A stretch of 64,000 nucleotides of DNA from Promethearchaeota archaeon (lineage in GTDB: Archaea > Asgardarchaeota > Heimdallarchaeia > Hodarchaeales > Hodarchaeaceae): NCBI GenBank assembly GCA_048938105.1, contig JBHLMN010000001.1, positions 224,001 through 288,000 of the forward strand, read 5' to 3'. Under the pieces are notes generated by a model that did not search any database, was not told the DNA's origin, and saw only the letters and a program-made list of their open reading frames with translations. Positions 49,697-58,506 of the stretch are shown piece after piece. A program made the translations under genes and the position numbers. Numbering within the stretch: the stretch's first letter is position 1; every line of letters begins with the position of its first letter.

Positions 49697-50125
49697 GTGA
49701 TAGATACTGAAAGAAAGAATGTAGTCCTTCTGGTCGAGGATTCCCCTGATCACGCTTTCCTTATCAAACGAGCTATATCAGCTGTAATTCAAGAGTTAAA
49801 TATCCTATGGGCTAAAGATGGTGCGGAAGCAATTGAACTTATCTTAAAAAGGGGATTAAGACCTGATCTAATTCTCCTAGACATTAAAATGCCGCGAATG
49901 AACGGCTTTGAAGTGTTAGAAATTTTAAAAAATAATAAAGAAACAGCTCATATTCCGATTGTGATTTTATCTACCTCTGCTAATGAAAAAGATGTTTCAC
50001 GTGCCTATTTACTTGGAACTAATTGTTACATCACCAAACCTGTTGAAATCGCTGATTTTCAATTGAAATTACGAAGTATCCCAGTGTATTGGCTTCGCAT
50101 TAACATCGCTCCCCCTATTTTCTGA
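49697..50125 (+). CDS. Response regulator (Rcp1-like REC)
   Basis: LLVEDS, PDLILLDIKMPRMNG, IPIVILSTS, NCYITKP, YWL. Confidence 0.93.
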   Translation: MIDTERKNVVLLVEDSPDHAFLIKRAISAVIQELNILWAKDGAEAIELILKRGLRPDLILLDIKMPRMNGFEVLEILKNNKETAHIPIVILSTSANEKDVSRAYLLGTNCYITKPVEIADFQLKLRSIPVYWLRINIAPPIF

Positions 50126-50253
50126 ATTCTAAACTGGTTCTAGGAACAACTTTCCAAGCTTTATTGATATTTAAATTGAATCGTAGAACAATCTACATAA
50201 GTTTATTAGTCCAATGTGGATCAAAACTATTACTAAAAGAAGAAGGTCATTTC

Positions 50254-51033
50254 ATGGAAGAAAAATCATCTGAGCTTATTTTTCGATCAGATCCCAGTAA
50301 AACTGTTTGTGAATGTACAACTGATATAAGACCTGAATGGATTGTCGTTGGTTTTCCTGGACATGGATTAGTTGGTAATATTGCCGCAAAACACATTATA
50401 AAAGAGCTTGATTTAGAGTGGATTGGATCAATCCGTTCTCCTCTCATCCCTCCTGTTTCCGTGTTTATGGATGGTATTCTATCTTATCCTTATAGAATTT
50501 ATGGTAGTAAGGAACGTAAAATAGCGATTCTAATCGGTGAATCTCCGTGTCCACCTCAAGCGTATTATTATCTTGCTAATGCTGTGTTAGAATGGGCAAT
50601 TAGTATTGGAACCAAACAAGTTATTTGTCTGGACGGATTTATAGCAGATCCTCGGGATGAAAAAACAAATAATGTATTCTTGGTAGCTGAACCTCAGGTC
50701 TACGAGGAAAATGGGAAATTGATACAATTTAATTTTCCCAAACCCCATACTGGTTTCATTTCTGGACTCTCTGGAGCAATTATGAATGAGGCGCTTTTAA
50801 CGCCTATTGAAGGCTTTTCACTCCTTGTTCCTGTATCCACTCAATATCCCGACCCAGGAGGCGCTGCTAAACTGATTGATGCAATTAATCAAATAAAAGG
50901 TCTTGAAGTTGACACTTCTAAGCTCCTTCAGGATGCAGAGAAAATTCAAAAATCTCTGATGGAATTATCAGAGCGAAACCGACAACTGACACAAGGAGAA
51001 GGAGTAGAACCTAGTAAAGGGCTTTATGTTTGA
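50254..51033 (+). CDS. PAC2-family proteasome assembly chaperone
   Basis: VGFPGHGLVGNIA, PYRIY, ISGLSG, YPDPGGAA, VDTSKLLQDAEKI, C-terminal HbYX motif LYV. Confidence 0.9.
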   Translation: MEEKSSELIFRSDPSKTVCECTTDIRPEWIVVGFPGHGLVGNIAAKHIIKELDLEWIGSIRSPLIPPVSVFMDGILSYPYRIYGSKERKIAILIGESPCPPQAYYYLANAVLEWAISIGTKQVICLDGFIADPRDEKTNNVFLVAEPQVYEENGKLIQFNFPKPHTGFISGLSGAIMNEALLTPIEGFSLLVPVSTQYPDPGGAAKLIDAINQIKGLEVDTSKLLQDAEKIQKSLMELSERNRQLTQGEGVEPSKGLYV

Positions 51034-51039
51034 AAAAGA

Positions 51040-51561
51040 TCAATCTTGTTTCGGGGGATTACTCTGCCACTCAAGAATACAATCCCAATTGTCAAAATAG
51101 GGTTTCAAAGATCTGGCCAATGATTTAGATAGCTTTGAATTGGATTGGTTGTTCAGAATCTGGAGATCAGAGAACGGCACAGATACTATCCATTTATCAT
51201 TTTTCGTTTTTATACGATGCTTTTTTGCTATCTGTAGGAATGTTTTCGATTCTATTACAAAATGATGTTTCTGAAATGTCTCGTCCTCTTCAGGTAATCT
51301 CATTGCTAGAATTATGAAACTATCATTATTCATAAAAAATCCGATTTCAAGCTCCCATACAACTTTAGTTTCTTTTTGTAACCCTGTACATACTTTAATG
51401 TCAGCATAATGTACAAGATCCCCATTTTCTGAACGAATTATCATATCTACTTTACCAGAGTCAGCATATGGACTGAACGATTCCACACCCATCTGATATA
51501 ACTTCACTTGGATATCTAACTCTGCAATTCCATCCAGGCTAAATTCCTCATCTGGACTCAT
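51040..51561 (-). CDS. Hypothetical protein, degenerate PD-(D/E)xK nuclease-like fold
   Basis: AE...L...G....P..D.G.VD........DIKV pattern, ending YFDNWD. Confidence 0.5.
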   Translation of the reverse strand: MSPDEEFSLDGIAELDIQVKLYQMGVESFSPYADSGKVDMIIRSENGDLVHYADIKVCTGLQKETKVVWELEIGFFMNNDSFIILAMRLPEEDETFQKHHFVIESKTFLQIAKKHRIKTKNDKWIVSVPFSDLQILNNQSNSKLSKSLARSLKPYFDNWDCILEWQSNPPKQD

Positions 51562-51805
51562 TCACAAAATGACCCCTAACTATCCCTTCATATTAAATAT
51601 CCTGAAATATCTTGATAAAATATCTTCGATCAAATATTCAAGTACATATGAAGCAAATACTTTAGCAAGATTTCTCATTGTTCAATTTAATAAAAAGTTT
51701 TTGAAACTACTTTCAGGAGAGGTTGATGATTCTTGAAGAAACACAGGATTTCAATTCTACTAAAAATTAATTACTAAACACAACACTAGGGAGAAAAATG
51801 ATTAT

Positions 51806-52780
51806 TTAAGAAGGATTAGAAAACAACGTTAATCGTTCATGGCATATAGGACATTGATTGAAAACTTTTAACCATTCTAACAAATGGTTACGATGAAACG
51901 TATTCTGACAGATCGGACAAACAACATTATCAGTATCAGACTCTATAGAAGACCGACAAATTACGCAATACTTTTCAGATTGTTTAGATACATCCAGAGG
52001 GAATTTACTAATGGTCTCATCTTCATAACAATCCTCTACAGCTAAAATTAATTCACCAACCATATTGTGTTCCAGTCTCCCAACAATTTCTCCTTGAGAC
52101 ATTATATGCTCAAGAATTCGCTGAAGCAAATGATAATCAATAATTCGGTCTTGATAATGTTTACGAACCTTGAACATTAAATAATCAGACTCAATCTCGT
52201 TCCGTGGTCGAGAAATCTGTGTATTTATAGTTTTGAGAATAATTTGTCTTACATTTGTTAAAAAAACAACATTTTCCCGTTTTTTTCTGATTTCTTTTAG
52301 AAATTGATCCAATAACTTGATGATATCCTTTAGTTCTTTTTGGATGTATGGATTATTAATAAGAGGGGAACCTATTGAGATTTCTTTTTTAGTTAAATTT
52401 AATATCTCCTCCATTTCAATATACACATCATTTAATTGCATTAGGATGGTTTTTGCCGTACTTATGGTCTGTAATGGTTCGACTAATTCAATTTGAGCTA
52501 TCGTATGCTGTACAGTAAAACGACGGTTTACCAATTCCTCTTGATATCGGGAAATCTCTATAAAAAAGGGTTGACGTAATTTTCTATTTGCTATGTATGA
52601 AAAGAAAATACTTAGTATAAATCCAGCTAAAATGGCAAATTTGTTAACGTTAGACAATAATCCTGTTCCTAATGTACTTAAGATAAATGTAATTCCGACA
52701 AATATTACTATTAAGATAACTAAATTCCCAGTTGTTTTATTTCGAGACAAACGAGAGAGTTTTGCAGCATTAATAGCCAT
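51806..52780 (-). CDS. Membrane-anchored RING-finger protein (putative E3 ubiquitin ligase)
   Basis: Two N-terminal TM helices, a coiled region, then C-terminal CVIC...CPIC...FHRNHLLEWL....CPIC. Confidence 0.85.
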   Translation of the reverse strand: MAINAAKLSRLSRNKTTGNLVILIVIFVGITFILSTLGTGLLSNVNKFAILAGFILSIFFSYIANRKLRQPFFIEISRYQEELVNRRFTVQHTIAQIELVEPLQTISTAKTILMQLNDVYIEMEEILNLTKKEISIGSPLINNPYIQKELKDIIKLLDQFLKEIRKKRENVVFLTNVRQIILKTINTQISRPRNEIESDYLMFKVRKHYQDRIIDYHLLQRILEHIMSQGEIVGRLEHNMVGELILAVEDCYEDETISKFPLDVSKQSEKYCVICRSSIESDTDNVVCPICQNTFHRNHLLEWLKVFNQCPICHERLTLFSNPS

Positions 52781-52883
52781 TATTACACCAAAAAACAGAT
52801 ACTAATAATTCAAGCCTTTCTGGATTAATACTCTACAAGGATTAATTAAAAGCTAGCCTAGAAAATGATTCCGCAAAAAAATC

Positions 52884-53849
52884 TCATTCCAGTGAAGTCT
52901 GTTCCTTCTTATTCTCAGAATAACACTCATAATAATCTGATTGAATAAGTGAATTCTCATAATTTTGATCTATAATTGTATTTGGTAGAACAACACTACT
53001 TGTTAATACTATTCCCTTCTTAATAACTGAGTTATCTCCTAAAATGGAGTTCTTAATGACAGCTGATTCGTCGATAGTGACATTTTTTCCAATCATATTT
53101 TCATTAATTCTTCCTTTTTGAATCTTTTGAAGAAATTCGAGGTTAAAACGCCATAAATCATGAGAAGTGCTTATATGACAGACTCTCTTGGCAATCAATC
53201 CGCCCACTTGGCCTCCTTGACGAATGGTTTTGTTGATCGCTGTTGCTAGTTCATATTCACCACGATTGGATTTTTTGATGCTTTTTATTATGTTAAAAAT
53301 TGATTTAGAGAAGATATAAAGGGCTGCTGAATTTAGATCACTTAATATTTCAGCTGGAGTTTGTGGTTTTTCCTGAACCTTTAATACACGACCATTTCGA
53401 TAATCAACTGTGGAAGATTTTTTCATCAGGTCGAATCCCATTTTTTCAAGAGAAAGAGTGATGTCATTTTTTTCTTTAATATGAGCTCTACTTAATTCTT
53501 TTAAGAAAGAAGCTGAAAACAGTGAATCTCCTGCAATTACTAGAAAATATTTTGTAGATAAATATTCTTCAATCTGTAAAACCGCATGTGCTGTTCCAAG
53601 TGCTTTTTCCTGAACGATGTAGGATATATTGAGATTTGGAAAAGTTATATCAATAAATGAGGGAATGATCTTGTCATCTTTTGGGATTACAATTCCAATA
53701 TTCTGAATTTCAGCCTTGAAAAGTCGTTCTATTGAGTGTTGTAATATAGGTTTATTCAATAAAGGTAACATCGGTTTAGGAGTGCTATATGAAAATGGAT
53801 ACAGCCGTGATCCTGTACCTGCAGCAAGGATAAATGCAGAAACACTCAT
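52884..53849 (-). CDS. Sugar-phosphate nucleotidyltransferase (RmlA/GlmU-like)
   Basis: ILAAGTGSRLYP..PKPMLP, QEKALGTAHAV, AGD, EKP, SNRGEYEL, short left-handed beta-helix tail. Confidence 0.9.
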   Translation of the reverse strand: MSVSAFILAAGTGSRLYPFSYSTPKPMLPLLNKPILQHSIERLFKAEIQNIGIVIPKDDKIIPSFIDITFPNLNISYIVQEKALGTAHAVLQIEEYLSTKYFLVIAGDSLFSASFLKELSRAHIKEKNDITLSLEKMGFDLMKKSSTVDYRNGRVLKVQEKPQTPAEILSDLNSAALYIFSKSIFNIIKSIKKSNRGEYELATAINKTIRQGGQVGGLIAKRVCHISTSHDLWRFNLEFLQKIQKGRINENMIGKNVTIDESAVIKNSILGDNSVIKKGIVLTSSVVLPNTIIDQNYENSLIQSDYYECYSENKKEQTSLE

Positions 53850-54105
53850 TTTTGGCAGATTAACTGAATTAAGCATTCTAAATTAATACTCTTGTTTTGG
53901 TTTTCCTGATGACTGAAATGTGATAAGAATACTTTTTATATAGTATAATACTTCTTATTAATTAGAGTCTGAATTAAGGCAGGAAACATCATTATTGACT
54001 AAATCTTATAATTAGATGCCTCCAATTGATTCGAGGTTTCATTATATTTTTCCAATAGATGGATATGTTATTAAAAAATAATAATCTACTATCGGGGATC
54101 GTTCT

Positions 54106-54846
54106 ATGGTTCGCTTGAAGTTAGTTTATCTGATCACAGATGAAGGTTTTGTTATCTATAACCAATCGTTTGGTGTGACAGAACAAGATCAAGATATGGT
54201 TGGCTCTTTACTTATGGCACTAAGGAACTTCAGTAAAGAAGTTTTGAGCGAGGGAACTTTATCGAAGGTAGACTTTGGAGAAGGGGCAGATATGATCTTA
54301 GAAGCTGGAAACCGATTAATTGCAATCGTGGTTGTAGATCTCGATAAGGAGCATAAAGAACGAGAGGAATATGACATTCGGAAAGACCTATTGAGATTCA
54401 TCAGACGAATTGAGGAAATTTATGCAGAAGAGCTGAATGACCCCATTTTTCAAAAGAGTGCTTTTTCAGGAGTTGGAACCCAGATTTATCAGCATTTTTT
54501 CCGTGATAAAATGTCTAGGATCCATAACAACCAATTTGCTAGTCTTTCTGAGTATCTAAAATACCCCACAACTCTATTATTTGAGATCACTCCACGCGGG
54601 GGAAGACTCTATCAATTTTATAGAGAATTCCCAAAATTCACTGAATTAATCGGAGATATCCAGAAGGAAGAATTTGACAAACTAGTTGACAGTATGCTAG
54701 ATAAAAATAGCATGGTTTCATTTAAAGATTGCCTTGATCTCTTTGGTGAACAGAAGATGGATCAGATCCTTAAAATATTTAAATTCTTGACAAATCGAGG
54801 AATGTTTGAAGCCTATAATTTTGAACGAATAGCAATTGAGGCGTGA
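54106..54846 (+). CDS. Longin-like domain protein with a C-terminal helical/wHTH-like region
   Basis: VYLITDEGFVIYNQSF...DMVGSLLMALRNFSKEV....LSKVDF is a typical Asgard longin-like N-terminus. Confidence 0.7.
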   Translation: MVRLKLVYLITDEGFVIYNQSFGVTEQDQDMVGSLLMALRNFSKEVLSEGTLSKVDFGEGADMILEAGNRLIAIVVVDLDKEHKEREEYDIRKDLLRFIRRIEEIYAEELNDPIFQKSAFSGVGTQIYQHFFRDKMSRIHNNQFASLSEYLKYPTTLLFEITPRGGRLYQFYREFPKFTELIGDIQKEEFDKLVDSMLDKNSMVSFKDCLDLFGEQKMDQILKIFKFLTNRGMFEAYNFERIAIEA

Positions 54847-54982
54847 TCAGAATTTTAGTATAATTTGTATCTATTCACGTTTTAAGTAGCCATAACGAAT
54901 TGGCTTGGAAAACTATAAAATAAAATTTTATACTGTTTTTGAAATCAATAGAATATATAACAGTTTTCTTGTAATGAAGACA

Positions 54983-55828
54983 TTATGTGGATTTTTCTCT
55001 TTGGGTTCGAATAATAAACGCGGTCATCTTTTTCATTTCTTTTTGCATCGAAGTAAGCTCTGCTTTTACTTTCGTTTCAACAATTGTGTTAATTTGCTGG
55101 TTTATTACCTCTGGAAGATCAGAAATCCTTCGAGTTAACTGTTCAGTTGTTTGTACCAATTTTTGAAGAGTTCCACCTTGCATGGCTAGACGTTCTGTCA
55201 CTGATGTCTTAAGCTCGTTGACAGATGACTCTAAGTAAATAGCGATGCGATCACGAAGTGAAGCCAATTCTACTTGGATTATTGCATTCACTCGATCCCT
55301 AAGTTCAGCAACAGTGGCTAATTGATCAGTCTGATTCTCGATTAGGGCGCTTAGGTTACTTACAACGTTATCAAGTTTATCTGAAATTACTACAAAATTG
55401 TTTATACTAGCTTCAAATCGACCTTTGGTTTCTTCAGTTGATGATTCCACCATAGTAGTAATATCATTGGAAAGCTTTCGCATACTTCCAACGACATCTT
55501 CTACATAGCTTACCTTAATGAATTTCAGATCATTCTTTGTTTCTTCAGCAGTTCTCACGAATGTTTTTTGAAAAGATCCGATGGATTCCTCAAGTTTAGA
55601 AATTATTGATGGAAGGTTTTGGATTGAAACCTGCAATTCAGAACTGATTTTTGAAGCGTCAAGTATGTCTTGGATAGCAGTTAAGCCGTATTTTATCTCT
55701 TCAACACTCTTTTGTACTGAATATTGTACATCTGATATTATATCTGAGGGATCTTTCATTATTTGAAGTGATTGCGTTAATTCCGAGACCTGTTGCCTTA
55801 TGCTTTTGATATCATCTTCTAGGCCCAT
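54983..55828 (-). CDS. All-helical coiled-coil/apolipoprotein-like protein
   Basis: Continuous amphipathic heptads, almost no Pro or aromatic residues; last gene of the tubulin-like cluster. Confidence 0.75.
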   Translation of the reverse strand: MGLEDDIKSIRQQVSELTQSLQIMKDPSDIISDVQYSVQKSVEEIKYGLTAIQDILDASKISSELQVSIQNLPSIISKLEESIGSFQKTFVRTAEETKNDLKFIKVSYVEDVVGSMRKLSNDITTMVESSTEETKGRFEASINNFVVISDKLDNVVSNLSALIENQTDQLATVAELRDRVNAIIQVELASLRDRIAIYLESSVNELKTSVTERLAMQGGTLQKLVQTTEQLTRRISDLPEVINQQINTIVETKVKAELTSMQKEMKKMTAFIIRTQREKST

Positions 55829-56001
55829 GCTATTTTCTCACATCTCATTCTATCAATATTAATGAGTAATAAACTCAAAGATTCTAAAAGATTTTCGAAA
55901 CTTCAAGACTCAAGCAGTAATAATATCAATCCTTTATTAAGGTTGATTAAAACCACCAAACAACTGACATTGAATCTTATAGCTAAATTCAAAGAACAAA
56001 A

Positions 56002-57081
56002 TTATTTCAAGCGTCTTAAAAAAGTCACAAACTTCTCGTTTTCTAACATTGTGTTATTTAATCTATCGATCATGATGATTGTTTCAGAGCAGATGAATTG
56101 TTTGAAATCATTCCCTGCGGCTTTCTGTAAATCTAGATAAATCTTTTTCACGACAGAAAATGAAACATTAGGTATTCTAGATTCTAGATCTCCCGATCCG
56201 AGGTTATAATTCTTTAAAATGCTGGAAGAAACACGAAGTGAGTCTTGTAGCTTTCGACTATCACCTGAGTACTCTGAAATACTCAGATAATAATTCTTCA
56301 CAACATCTTGGACTTGTTCCTGTTCCAAAGGTATAAGGCTTACTTCATCTTCACCAGGAAACAAACGACGGAGGTTTTGGAGTAAGCGTGCAGCTGGAGC
56401 TTCTCGCAAGAGCTTACTAATGAGATTTTTTAACTCAAAAGCTGGAAGTTGAATAATTTCGTACGGATTAGGGAGAGAAGATTCTGGTAACAACTCATAA
56501 CGATGAAGCTCTTTACATGCAGTGAAGTAGTAATTAGGAAAACCTAAATGAGATAAGTTCGAATAAGAAGAGAACATTTTTTCAATGGTATCAATGATTC
56601 CCCACCTGTCTTTAAATTCAATATTTCGTTGAAAAAGGCCTATTCTTACCTTTGGAATCACAGCTGGTTTTCTAAGAGCTTCAGTTAGTGTTGAAGAACT
56701 AGAAAGTTCACCTAGTAATGTAGTGACTTCTAAATTAATTTTCTCAATTTTTTCTAGTATTTCCAAACCTGATTCTGGTTGTAAAAGCATTTTAGAAAGG
56801 AATTCTTCAACCATGGTTAAAGTTGCAATTACATCATCATTTAAGACATCCTCAGTCCGTAATGCTGTAACTAGTGATGAGATGAGCTTAATGACTAAGA
56901 GATTCAATCCAATAAGGAGATTGATTTTTTCTCCCATATTACCTCGGGAACTCCAAAAATCAAATGAAGGATACTTCTGTTTATCCTTATCTGGTGTTAA
57001 AATTGATTGATCTTTGATAAATTTATTATGATTACGTGAATCTTGTGTAAATTCGAACTTTGGGCGATTTTTTTCGTCCAA
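56002..57081 (-). CDS. Hypothetical helical protein in the tubulin-like operon
   Basis: 359-aa ORF starting 14 bp after the tubulin-like gene. Confidence 0.7.
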   Translation of the reverse strand: MDEKNRPKFEFTQDSRNHNKFIKDQSILTPDKDKQKYPSFDFWSSRGNMGEKINLLIGLNLLVIKLISSLVTALRTEDVLNDDVIATLTMVEEFLSKMLLQPESGLEILEKIEKINLEVTTLLGELSSSSTLTEALRKPAVIPKVRIGLFQRNIEFKDRWGIIDTIEKMFSSYSNLSHLGFPNYYFTACKELHRYELLPESSLPNPYEIIQLPAFELKNLISKLLREAPAARLLQNLRRLFPGEDEVSLIPLEQEQVQDVVKNYYLSISEYSGDSRKLQDSLRVSSSILKNYNLGSGDLESRIPNVSFSVVKKIYLDLQKAAGNDFKQFICSETIIMIDRLNNTMLENEKFVTFLRRLK

Positions 57082-57095
57082 CTTGATCCAGCACC

Positions 57096-58460
57096 TTATT
57101 CTGGTTTGATGTAATATCCAAACAACTTCTCGAGATCATTTACCGCTGAATTCAGTTCTTCCTGTGTTGTCCCTTTTGATCGTTTAAACCAGTGCTGCTT
57201 TAATTCCGAGTCACCACTATGAAGTTGAATTAGTGCTTTGGCCTCCTCAAGAATATCATGCAACTCTGGTATTTTTGGTAAACCAAATAATAGAAGGAGA
57301 GAAGCTCGTGTGGTATCATCATCATAGGCGCAATAAGTTGGAGAAATGCTTGCACCTTTAGCTAAGAATGGTGCCAATGCTTTTTTCAAGTGAGGATCAT
57401 ATTCTACTCGTGCAATATTGCGGGGACCACTGAGTACGGAGAAAACAGATGAAGCAGCAGGGTTTGTTCCCATATCTGTTAGGCTGCAATTGGAAAGTGT
57501 GTATTCTACCGCAGTAGAAAGTTGAGACCCCATTCCACCAATTTCGGGGAAAACGGATAAATCATCAAACATTGCAGGAACAACAACACTATCCAATTTC
57601 AAAGCAAAATCACCAATATCGGTAGTAGGTAAAACTTCTTTTCCTACTTCAGGTACACCAGGGGACAGCATTTCCGCAATGGATTCTAAAGCTAAGGGGT
57701 TAACTAATTCAACAAAAGCTTCCTCTATTTGAGCTGGATAAGATGTTCCATCTTGACCTATAACAGTTGGAATACTGGAACTAACCTGCTCACTACTTAA
57801 ATCAGCTAAATCTTTCCCTATTTGTCTACTCAACAGGTCAACAGATTCCCCACGTTGCCAACTTAAAACTCTTTCAAGCATTGTTCTATTGGAAAGAAGA
57901 AGAATAAGATCAGGTCCCATATTTCCTTCTTCTAACTGGAGTCGTAGCAATCTTGATAATGCCCAGACACTGTTAACTGCTTCAGAAGACTGGTTGACGA
58001 AAGGTAAGACCCCAAATACATATATAAAGATTTTACGCTTTTCTTCTTCAGCAAAACGCTTTCTTAGTAATCTTATTAAAGCAGGAGTCCCACCGCATCC
58101 AGTACCGCCTCCAAAACTAGTAAAAATGCAAAAACCACTAATCCCCTCATACCCAAGGCCTTGTAATTGGTTAAGTACAATATCTTGCGAATTCATAACT
58201 GCTTCGTAACCTGCAGAAAATTTCCCACCTACTCCAATCTCTGCATCTGAATAAAGAAGAGTTCTTTTCTTGGAAATTGAATATTTCTTTCGTGCTTTCA
58301 ATAAATCTCCCCGATCAGTATTCATCACGAGATATTCTCTGATACGTTGAGGTAGCTCACCTTTTTTCGATTTAGCTAGGTAGCTACCAACTAAATTTGA
58401 TCCACATTCACCAATACCGATAGCAAATATCTCTGATTCTGGTTCTCCTTCGATTGACAT
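57096..58460 (-). CDS. Divergent tubulin/FtsZ/CetZ-superfamily GTPase
   Basis: IGIGECGSNL (T1), MNTD (T2), GVGG (T3), FTSFGGGTGCG (T4), VLPF...EAVNS (T5), LLSN (T6), TDIGDF (T7). Confidence 0.92.
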   Translation of the reverse strand: MSIEGEPESEIFAIGIGECGSNLVGSYLAKSKKGELPQRIREYLVMNTDRGDLLKARKKYSISKKRTLLYSDAEIGVGGKFSAGYEAVMNSQDIVLNQLQGLGYEGISGFCIFTSFGGGTGCGGTPALIRLLRKRFAEEEKRKIFIYVFGVLPFVNQSSEAVNSVWALSRLLRLQLEEGNMGPDLILLLSNRTMLERVLSWQRGESVDLLSRQIGKDLADLSSEQVSSSIPTVIGQDGTSYPAQIEEAFVELVNPLALESIAEMLSPGVPEVGKEVLPTTDIGDFALKLDSVVVPAMFDDLSVFPEIGGMGSQLSTAVEYTLSNCSLTDMGTNPAASSVFSVLSGPRNIARVEYDPHLKKALAPFLAKGASISPTYCAYDDDTTRASLLLLFGLPKIPELHDILEEAKALIQLHSGDSELKQHWFKRSKGTTQEELNSAVNDLEKLFGYYIKPE

Positions 58461-58506
58461 TTTTTCACACTCAAATTTGTATTATTTCTTTGAAAGTCGT
58501 ATTCTA

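Noticed and set aside
55862-56140. 92-aa plus-strand ORF, and the many other 60-120 aa ORFs overlapping long genes
   Set aside because: They overlap better-supported genes on the opposite strand or in another frame and show no motifs.
57096-58460. Canonical FtsZ1/FtsZ2 call
   Set aside because: It lacks GGGGxN (T1), GAGxxP (T3) and NxDFAD (T7), and has a tubulin-like C-terminal extension.
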